Positions 54,285 through 64,000 of a stretch of DNA of 64,000 nucleotides are shown here, piece after piece. The translations under genes were made by a program, and so were the position numbers. Where the stretch lies: contig NC_068987.1 of assembly GCF_001194135.2 (NCBI RefSeq), positions 105,132,890 to 105,196,889 on the forward strand, read 5' to 3'. The notes under the pieces were generated by a model, which saw only the letters and a list, made by a program, of their open reading frames with translations, ran no database searches and was not told the DNA's origin. Numbering within the stretch: position 1 is the stretch's first letter; each line of letters starts with the position of its first letter. This DNA is from Octopus bimaculoides. Taxonomy: Eukaryota.

Positions 54285-56085
54285 ATATAGGGTTGGAGTT
54301 TGGTCATGGTAAATGTTATAAAACAACCATATAGGAACATTTATGTGAAGCAAGGGAAAACTGTGAACCAAACTAGTAGCATCTCCATCAATGACTTAAT
54401 AGTTGCCCCTTTATCTCATGAGAAATGTCAGATGCCTAGGAGTATATGAAACCATATCTTACAATGGTGTCTGTAACAAGGAATACATCACTAAAGAATA
54501 TTACTGCTGGATAAGGAAAATATGGACCTTGGAACTCTCTGCATTCAATAAAACAGTGGCCCACAATGTGTTTGGAGTACGCATACCAAAGTTTGGGCAA
54601 TTTGATGAGATTCGAGCCATTGATGTGAAAACTCAGTAGAAACTGAGCAGCACAAATAATTTTCTCATCAACAGCAACGTAGACTGCCTCTACACACTAG
54701 GGTAGCTAGAGTGTGTGCCACCTGGGGTGACCCTTCCATTTGCCACCCCTGTATCCCACACAAAAAAAAAAACATATTGCCTACTGCAGACCCAAAAGTG
54801 CTGCCCAGGGCGGACCACCCCCAGCTACATTAGTGCCTCTACATAAAATGAAAACAAGGATGCAGAGGCTTAACAATGATTGAGACTGCCTGCCTTTGAA
54901 TGTCATGTCATATCCCTTAAGCAACATCGTTTAACCACCAAGAGCCAAAGTGCATCCCTTCACTAAGTAGACATACATGAGGCAGACAACATCATGAGAC
55001 TTGAAAAGCAACTCCTCAAGGTACATTCCCTGTCTGATAACCTTAAATACATACTCAAAGAAGTTGCATGATTCTACTGCAGCGCATCATCAGATGAAAG
55101 GATGAGTGCATATCAGCAGAAGAGCATGCATAGATATGTTAGCAGAAAGCTCCAGGATAATGGCAACATTGATAATCAAAGCAGTCTATCATGGAACAAC
55201 AACTAGATCACTAACTCTCGTTTTGAAGAGTATGCATTTGCAATCCAGGAACAGCAAATAGCAACCAAATTCCTGATGCACAAAAGGGACAACGACACAC
55301 TAAAACACCAAAACGTGATAACTACTGCAGACTTTTTGGAGTTTACAATGAAAACATCACACACATCATCACAAAAATGACTTTGTATAATTATCTATCA
55401 GTGAGACATGATGTAGTGGTCAAGACACTGTACAATGAGATCCATCTGAGGATAAAGAGATAAGAACCCACAGTACGGTGGAAGCCATGCACACTGATTA
55501 TATGAACCAGTACTGATGGAATGTCCCAGTGAAAACACCAATAAAATGCCGACATAATACACCAGACACGGTGATTTGAGATAGAGAAGAAAAACTATGT
55601 AAAGTAGTGGAAATCAGTTGCTTAGTGCATGTCAGCATAAAGCTAAAGATCAGTTAAAAAAAAGAAAGGCCTTACATTGAATTATTGAAGAAGTTACTGA
55701 TACTGTACCTACATTACAAGTTCTGATCTATACCAGTAATTGTTGGGGAACTAGGATATGTAACAAACTGCCAAAGCACAAATCCTGAGGAATTAGGCTT
55801 TTTGAAACCAGAAAGGGGAAAGCTAATTTGAAGATTATAAATACAAACCAAGAATAGAACTGTCAGAAGTGGTAAAACCTTCCACAAACTTAGCATTTAA
55901 GAATATGTGTACATATTTAGACATATAATACATGAGAATACATACATAAAACAAAACCTACAAATTTTCACATGTACTGACTCAAAAATTGGCACATATA
56001 CACACAAAAAAACACAACTACCCTATTGATGTTGTTTAAAATTCCAATGAAGGAGCTAGATTAGAAAATTGGTAAAATCTCTGAA
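54285..56085 (+). mobile_element. R4/Dong-like RLE non-LTR retrotransposon, 5'-truncated within RT and decayed
   Basis: DIGLEFGHGKC; LGVYETISYN..KEYY..IRKIWTLELSAFNK..DEIRAIDVKT; later CCHC knuckle and RLE segments homologous to 56557-57360. Confidence 0.8.
54695..54835. mobile_element. hAT-type MITE inserted in the R4-like element
   Basis: 8-bp TSD cctctaca (54687-54694 and 54836-54843); imperfect 13-bp TIR cactagggtagct / agctacattagtg. Confidence 0.75.
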
Positions 56086-56090
56086 TAATA

Positions 56091-56121
<31 letters not shown>

Positions 56122-56128
56122 CATACAT

Positions 56129-57520
56129 CTGAAGATCAGCAAAAAAAGAAAATACATATGCTGAATTACTGAGAAATCTGCAGTTACTCTATCTAGATTA
56201 CACATTCAGGTTTATACCTGTAATTATTGGGGCACTGGGATGTGTAACACACTGCCTAAACACCAATCTTGAGAAATTAGGCTTCCCAGAACCAGAAAGG
56301 AGAAAGCTGATTTGAAGACTACAGATTCAAGCCATCACAGGAACTGTAAAAATCTGTAAAACTTTCCAGATATTTGTCATTTAAGTATATATGAAGATGA
56401 AAATACATACGTAAATCAAAACCTACACATCCTGTTATTGTTGTTGAAATTCCAAAGAAGTAGCCTTAGATGTAGGTTAGAAACCGGTTCTTTCTCTATT
56501 GGCAGGAAATCATGAAATAAACTGAATAATGACATACATACATACATACATATATAACCGGATTACTACCTCCCACTTTGAAGGGTATGCATTTGCAATC
56601 CAGGAACAGGAAATATCAACCAAATACCTGATGCATAAAAGGGATAGAAATGCAAGAAAAGCCATAAAATGTGACAACCAATGCAGACTTTGTGGAGTTC
56701 ACACTGGAGATATCACCCACATCAGAAGCAGTTGTCTGAAAGTGTCATCACAGTATAATCTACCGTTGAGACATGACGTTGTAGCTAGGACACTCTTTAA
56801 TGAAATCCGTCGGAAGGATAATCCGGAGGACAAAGAAATAAAAACCCATAATATGGTAGAAGCCATAGCCAATCATAATGAAAGGAATACTGGTGGAATG
56901 TACTGGTGAAGCCCTCAATAAAATGTAAGCACAACAGACCTGATATAATGATTTGGGATGGAGATGAGAAACAGTTGAGGAAATTAGCTGCCCAACAGAT
57001 GTTAACATAAAGCTGAAGATCAGTGAAAAAGAGAACACCTATGCTGAACTATTGAGAAATCTACAGTTACTCTAGCCAGATTACAAATTCAGGTTTATAC
57101 CTGTAATTATTGGGGCACTGGGATATGTAATGCACTGCCTAAATACCAATCTTGAGAAATTAGGCTTCTNNNNNNNNNNGATTACAAATTCAGGTTTATA
57201 CCTGTAATTATTGGGGCACTGGGATATGTAATGCACTGCCTAAATACCAATCTTGAGAAATTAGGCTTCTCAAAACCAGAAAGGAAAAAGCTAATTCAAA
57301 GGTTACAGATCCAATCCATCACTGGAACTGTAAAAATCTGTAAAACTTTCCAGAAGTTTATCATTTAAGTATATATATAAGCATATCAAGATATGTAACT
57401 CTATGCGTGAGAATACATACATAAAACATACAAATTTGCACATACATACATACATGCACGCACACGCACGCATGCACACACACACACACACACACACACA
57501 TACATACATACAAACATACC

Positions 57521-57551
<31 letters not shown>

Positions 57552-57900
57552 CATACATACATAAAAACGCATCCATAAAACAAACATACAAATCTGCACA
57601 TACACTAACACCATATACTGCACACACACACACATATGCACAAATACCTAGATGACGTTGATAAAAGTTCCAATGAAGGAGCCTTGAATCTATGTTAGAG
57701 TCCGGCTCTTTCTCTATGGACAAGAAATACAGAAATGAAACTGATTGATAACATACATACATATATATATATATATACAAACAAAAATACCCTGTTGTTG
57801 ATGTTGAAATTCCATTGAAGGAACCTTAGATCTAAGTTAGAAACCGGTTCTATCTCTATTGGCAAGAAATCTTGAAATAAACTGAATAATGACATACATA
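56129..57900 (+). mobile_element. Tandem 5'-truncated R4/Dong-like copies (56129-56545, 56557-57740, and terminal module 57782-57900)
   Basis: EGYAFAIQEQEISTK, CRLCGVHTGDITHIRSSC, RHDVVA, H(N)RPD..EISCP..EKENTY (RLE). Each copy ends aataatgacatacatac or similar. Confidence 0.9.
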
Positions 57901-58468
57901 CAGACAGCTAGACAGACTGACAGACTGACAGGTAAGCATACGTATGTTTGCAGTAAAATCAATCAAAGAAATTAAAATTACTATATGAAAATGGAGTACG
58001 ACTTACCCACTCTCACAGTTATTTATTCATCACAATTTAAAATTTAAATTTAAAAAACTTGGCTTGCGGAAATTGATTTACTTACATTTTAACAATAAAA
58101 AAATATCATCCGGAATGCGGAAACTAAAATATGCAAAGAAAACAATATAAGGGAGATAACCTTTACTGACTTTAATTTTAAACCGATGTCTCGGTACCAT
58201 CAATGATAATGACGGAAATGTTATCGTATTTAAATAGTTTGAAAATGATAAATAAATATAGTTAAAATATAGAAAATTACACTGATCGTTGATTGCAGAT
58301 ATCTGCATTAAATGTACTCGTCATTGAATAATCTGTGAAATTCAGAAGTTTTTAAAGTGTTTCCTTCACTGGCTTCCAAAGCTTGCTCCACACATACATA
58401 CACATACATGGATACATACAGACACACATCCATCCATCCATCCATCCATCCATCTATACATACATACA

Positions 58469-58499
<31 letters not shown>

Positions 58500-58856
58500 T
58501 GTGCCCCTGCCTCCAACTTTGTTTCCTCATGTCTTCCAGAAAAATTGATATTTTTGTAATGAAATTTTCTACATATAACTTTCAGATGGTGTAGATTACG
58601 ATTATACTGGAATTTAATATGGAAAAATAAAACGGAAGGGCTCACACTCATACATACAGACACACATACATACAGACACACATACATACAGACACACATC
58701 ATATATATATATCTACAAAATGAAAACTTGAAATTTTGGAAAAATTAAGCGATATGTGTCAATATGTATGCATATTTGCCCACCATTGTTTTTTTTTTTC
58801 TTATTAAATTTTGATATTATAATTTACACCATCTGAAAGATATCTGTTTGGCTATA

Positions 58857-58893
<37 letters not shown>

Positions 58894-59689
58894 ATGAAGA
58901 AGCCTTTATCTCTTTGCAGTTGCTTGATCTGCTGGGAAGAGCTGCCACATTTTCCACAACTCACACTATAGTTCTCTCTTCACTTCTCTATATATGAATA
59001 AAACATGCAATGGAAAATGCTGGAATCTCTTGATTACAGGTCTACTTAATCAGAGCTGGTCTTGACTAATCGACAACAGCCACAACAACAACAATCCACC
59101 TATACTTTAATTCATATTCTTTTATTAAACAATTTTGTTATATTTCATTATTTGTTAATATTAAGGTGACGAGCTGGCAGAATCATTAGCTCACTAAAGG
59201 AAATGCTTAGCGATATTTTGCCCCTCTGTACATTCCGAGTTCAAATTCCACTAAGATTGGCTTTGCCTTTCATCCTTCCAGGATCGATAAATTAAGTTCC
59301 AGTGAAATACTGGGGACAATGTAATCGACTAGCCTCCCCATCAAAAATTTCAGGCCTTGTGCTTATTGTAGAAAGGGTTAATTGTTGATATTCATTTCTA
59401 TTTAGTGCTTGCTTTATTCTATTCAAATTTTTAACATTTTTTTACAGCATGACCCAGCATAACTGCAGTTGTGCTAGGTCATGCTGGGGCACTACCTTGA
59501 AGGATTTTACTTGATCATATTGGCCACAGTGCTTAATATATTGGAAATCATATTCTCTTATTGATAATAAGTGAATTTTTAAAAAAATAAATCCAAACTA
59601 ATATATGAAGTAAGCACTCTGATTTTATTCTTGTAACACCTGTCATGTATTATACATACATACATACATACATACATACATACATACAT

Positions 59690-60571
59690 TGGTTGTGATA
59701 ACCGATGCAGACTTTGTGGAGTTAGCACTGAAGATATCAACCACATTATGAGCAGTTGTCTGAAAATGTCATCATGGTTGTAGCTAAGACACTGTATAAT
59801 GAAATCCGTTGAAAGGAAAACCCCAAAGACAAAGAAATAAGAATCCACAGTATGGCGGAAGGCATAGTGACTCACAATGGAAAGGAGTATTGGTGGAATG
59901 TTCCAGTGAAATCCTCAGTAAAATGTAAACAAAATAGACCTGATATAATGGATTGGAGTAGAGAAGAGAAACTGTGTACAATTGTGGAAATTAGCTGCCC
60001 AGCAGATGTGAATATAAAGCTGAAGGTCAGTGAAAAAGAGAATACCTAAGCTGAACTATTGAGAAATCTGCAGTTGCTTTATCCAGATTACAAGTTCAGG
60101 TTTATACCTGTAATTATTGAGGCCCTGGGATATGTAACATACTGCCTAAATACCAATCTTGAGAAATTAGGCTTCTCAAAACCAGAAAGGAGAAAGCTGT
60201 TTCAAAGACTACAGATCCAATCCATGACCGGAACTGCAAAAATCTGGAAAAACTTTCCAGAAGTTTATCATTTAAGTATAAATGAGCATGTCTAGATATG
60301 TAGCTATATGCATGAGAATACATACATAAAACAAAGTATACAAATCTACACATGTACATACATACATACATACATACATACATACATACATACATACATA
60401 CATACATACATACATACATACATACATACGTACATACATACATACATATGTATAGAAATGTCCTGTTGTTGATTTTGAAATTTCAATGAAGGAGCTTCAG
60501 ATCTAGGTTAGAAACCAGCTCTTTCTCTATTGGCAAGAAATCTTGAAATAAAACTGAACAATGACATACAT
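59690..60571 (+). mobile_element. 5'-truncated R4/Dong-like copy (RLE domain and 3' UTR)
   Basis: ORFs 59852 and 60059: KEYWWNVPVK..NRPD..IVEISCP..SEKENT*, RNLQLLYPDYKFRFIPVI. Has the same 3' UTR and tail. Confidence 0.9.
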
Positions 60572-62465
60572 CCATATGGCTGTGCACTTCATTGATTATG
60601 AGTGTTCCTGTTGATTTTATCAAGGTGACAGCTTGCATGTGAAATTAATGTATAAGTGGCCAGGCACTCCACAGACACAAGTATCCTTAATTGTAGTTCT
60701 CAGACAGATTCAATGTGACACACCAAATGTGACAAGACTTGTACATTGAACTACAAATACAACTCATGTTTGTCAGCTGAGTGGACAGAAGCAACACGAA
60801 ATAAAGTGTCTTGCTCAAGGACACAACACATCACCAGGAATTGAAATCATAACCTTATGATCATGAGCCAAATACATTAACTTGTGTACCAACAATGTGT
60901 ACTGACATATACATACTTACTAAAGTACTGGCTGAATACATAACGTATCTACAAAGTTAGATAGGAGTACACTCACTGCATGTATTCCACTGTTGACTAC
61001 AGACGCCAGATCCAAGCATATGGGTGATTCCAAGTTAGGTGAAGAATAAACAATAACACAGATGGGTTGCAGACATGCTCTTTATTGATGAATAGCTTCT
61101 GCCATTCACTCTCCCAGCCATAACCTAGTTGGCTGAGTTGTCTTACACTAAGGTCTATTTCATGAGAAGTTCTAATTGTCAAATTTTCTCTTTACTTACC
61201 TGAAGAAAACAGATTTTTCTCATGATGTAACACTTTTGTAAATCAATAAAGAACACACCTGAGATAGCTGTAATGAACTGCAACTTATGTTTTTATTTAT
61301 ACTCTTTTACTCTTTTATTCTTTTATTTGTTTCAGTCATTTGACTGCGGNNNNNNNNNNNNNNNNNNNNNNNNNNNNNNNNNNNNNNNNNNNNNNNNNNN
61401 NNNNNNNNNNNNNNNNNNNNNNNNNNNNNNNNNNNNNNNNNNNNNNNNNNNNNNNNNNNNNNNNNNNNNNNNNNNNNNNNNNNNNNNNNNNNNNNNNNNN
61501 NNNNNNNNNNNNNNNNNNNNNNNNNNNNNNNNNNNNNNNNNNNNNNNNNNNNNNNNNNNNNNNNNNNNNNNNNNNNNNNNNNNNNNNNNNNNNNNNNNNN
61601 NNNNNNNNNNNNNNNNNNNNNNNNNNNNNNNNNNNNNNNNNNNNNNNNNNNNNNNNNNNNNNNNNNNNNNNNNNNNNNNNNNNNNNNNNNNNNNNNNNNN
61701 NNNNNNNNNNNNNNNNNNNNNNNNNNNNNNNNNNNNNNNNNNNNNNNNNNNNNNNNNNNNNNNNNNNNNNNNNNNNNNNNNNNNNNNNNNNNNNNNNNNN
61801 NNNNNNNNNNNNNNNNNNNNNNNNNNNNNNNNNNNNNNNNNNNNNNNNNNNNNNNNNNNNNNNNNNNNNNNNNNNNNNNNNNNNNNNNNNNNNNNNNNNN
61901 NNNNNNNNNNNNNNNNNNNNNNNNNNNNNNNNNNNNNNNNNNNNNNNNNNNNNNNNNNNNNNNNNNNNNNNNNNNNNNNNNNNNNNNNNNNNNNNNNNNN
62001 NNNNNNNNNNNNNNNNNNNNNNNNNNNNNNNNNNNNNNNNNNNNNNNNNNNNNNNNNNNNNNNNNNNNNNNNNNNNNNNNNNNNNNNNNNNNNNNNNNNN
62101 NNNNNNNNNNNNNNNNNNNNNNNNNNNNNNNNNNNNNNNNNNNNNNNNNNNNNNNNNNNNNNNNNNNNNNNNNNNNNNNNNNNNNNNNNNNNNNNNNNNN
62201 NNNNNNNNNNNNNNNNNNNNNNNNNNNNNNNNNNNNNNNNNNNNNNNNNNNNNNNNNNNNNNNNNNNNNNNNNNNNNNNNNNNNNNNNNNNNNNNNNNNN
62301 NNNNNTATATACATATATATAAGAATCATTGATTAGAGAACAAACATCAGATTCGGAACAACAACTTTATGTAACCCCACGTTTCTATACATATCATCAT
62401 ACACAAATAATCCTTTCAAAGTTGACCTCGGCAGAATTTGGCAAAATTCATGTATTGAATTTTGT

Positions 62466-62601
62466 AAATCTCTGAAGAGGCCTAGCGAATCATGCATGTA
62501 CCCCCATTACATCATTTTCATCTACTAATTACTCCAGCGTAGTGGAACTATAGAGATAGAATGGGGCATGCCAACACTAGGCTGAAACAGCTGTAAGATT
62601 T
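62466..62601 (+). ncRNA. Type I hammerhead ribozyme motif with long stem II insertion
   Basis: aaatct-CTGAAGA-ggcctag...ctaggct-GAAA-C-AGCT-GTA-agattt: 6-bp stem I, 7-bp stem II, palindromic stem III ACAGCTGT. Confidence 0.75.
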
Positions 62602-62880
62602 TGTCCCTTCTCCAATTGCTAAATGTCCTTTAAATTTGAAATCTTAATTGTTAATATGACATGGTTTGTCATAAGTGTCTGTATGCTTTCACTACTGTAG
62701 CTTAGAATATACTAAGAAAAGTATGAGAGTTTGTTGGGTTGTTGAGTTACTTAGTTGTGAAAACATACCAACTAGAAAACCATCCTACAAACCCAACAAT
62801 TTAAATAATAAAAAATAATCAACAAGAAATTAGATGTTATAACTAGTAGGGAGTTTAGTTTAGATAATAAAGGTAGTGAG

Positions 62881-63248
62881 GTGAACAAGCTGGTTACTCC
62901 ACCCTACATAGATATGAAAAATACTAGTAATAGTGACATACCTAATAACCATGTCACGATTTTGGGTGGCAGTGAAAGAGTAGGTAAATTCCGCCCTTAC
63001 TTATGCCATAAGTTTGAAAATAAGGACTTCATCTGGTACAATGTTTCTTTCAACTGTGCCATATCCACAAACATATATAGGAAATTTATGACAATTTTAG
63101 AAGAAAGCTTCCCTGCTTCCCATAGATATAACAGAATTTTTTCCCATAAGACAATTAGAATCTCATATTCTACTCTTCCCAATATGGGTACCATCATAGC
63201 AAGATTAAATAGGAAGAATATAAAATTAGCAGGAGGTGGTGGTGGTGG

Positions 63249-63297
<49 letters not shown>

Positions 63298-63710
63298 AGT
63301 ATTGTCAACAATAATTTAAGCCCCTACAATGAGAATAATAATATTAATGGTGACATAGAAAATAGAAATGGCAGTGTTAATGCTTCTAATATACACACTT
63401 TAGACTGTAGCTATGAGGTCTATACTAGCATAGAGATGACTGATTTGCCTGTTGATGCTGAGACAAATTCAAATGATACTACAGTTGAAGGAAGGATAGA
63501 TAATAACAGACATGAAAATAGCACATACAATAGTAGTAGGATTAACACTAATAGTGATATTATTAATAATAATAATAACATTAGAAATATTAATAATATT
63601 AATAGTAGTAATTCTCATGGTTACAATTGTAGAGTTAAATCCCACTGTCCGTTATTAGGCCGATGTCAAATCCAAAACGTAATTTATAAATGTATAATCA
63701 TAACTGTAGA
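62881..63710 (+). mobile_element. Penelope-like element ORF fragment (RT thumb, linker, start of GIY-YIG), truncated by a SINE
   Basis: IWYNVSF..STNIYRKF..ILEESFP..HRYNRIFSHKTIRISYSTLPNM..II, and YNCRVKSHCPLLGRCQIQNVIYKC. The ORF begins at GTG. Confidence 0.8.
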
Positions 63711-63935
63711 TCTCTTTTACTCTTTTACTTGTTTCAGTCTTTTGACTGTGGCCATGCTGGAGCACCGCCTTTAGTCGAGCAAATCGACCCCAGGACTTAT
63801 TCTTTAGAAGCCTAGTACTTATTCTATCGGTCTCTATTGCCGAACCGCTAAGTTACGGGGACATAAACACACCAGCATCGGTTGTCAAGCAATGCTGGGG
63901 GGACAAACACAGACACACAAACACATACACACATA

Positions 63936-63969
<34 letters not shown>

Positions 63970-64000
63970 TACGACGGGCTTCTTTCAGTTTCCGTCTACC
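63711..64000 (-). mobile_element. SINE family A (3' part, young-looking), running off the window
   Basis: Near-identical to the reverse complement of 2200-2487, with CpGs retained. Confidence 0.9.

Noticed and set aside
57080-57270. Exact ~90-bp tandem duplication inside the R4-like RLE region
   Set aside because: The two identical copies flank a 10-N gap, which is typical of unmerged contig overlap.
17013-62332. Long ORFs (130-349 aa) at 17013-17738, 30537-31121, 34373-34886, 42546-42983, 43839-44915 and 61273-62332
   Set aside because: They are open only because they run through N gaps.

Overview
AT-rich, microsatellite-dense eukaryotic DNA from a gapped draft assembly. The SINE and LINE repertoire looks like an octopus (coleoid cephalopod) genome; this is inferred from repeat appearance only. 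No host protein-coding gene can be named, and nearly all listed ORFs are repeat-, microsatellite- or N-gap artefacts. CpGs are scarce on both flanks but retained at about 37.7-42.3 kb, which also holds a compact CRE/E-box/ETS motif cluster and a minus-strand GTAAGT donor. This suggests a promoter region flanked by long methylated introns. Supportable content: several tRNA-headed SINE families (some with TSDs), RTE and RTE-X LINE 3' remnants, a tandem array of 5'-truncated R4/Dong-like (RLE) retroelements sitting after (TACA)n tracts, Penelope-like element (PLE) remnants including a 297-codon RT-thumb/linker/GIY-YIG-start ORF, a deleted mariner, piggyBac/hAT MITEs, a Helentron-type HINE, and a Merlin-like fold-back element with internal TTAGGG repeats. 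The main unannotated signal is a set of type I hammerhead ribozyme motifs: three near-canonical and two degenerate. One of the degenerate motifs caps a ~290-nt rod-like hairpin (5130-5421).
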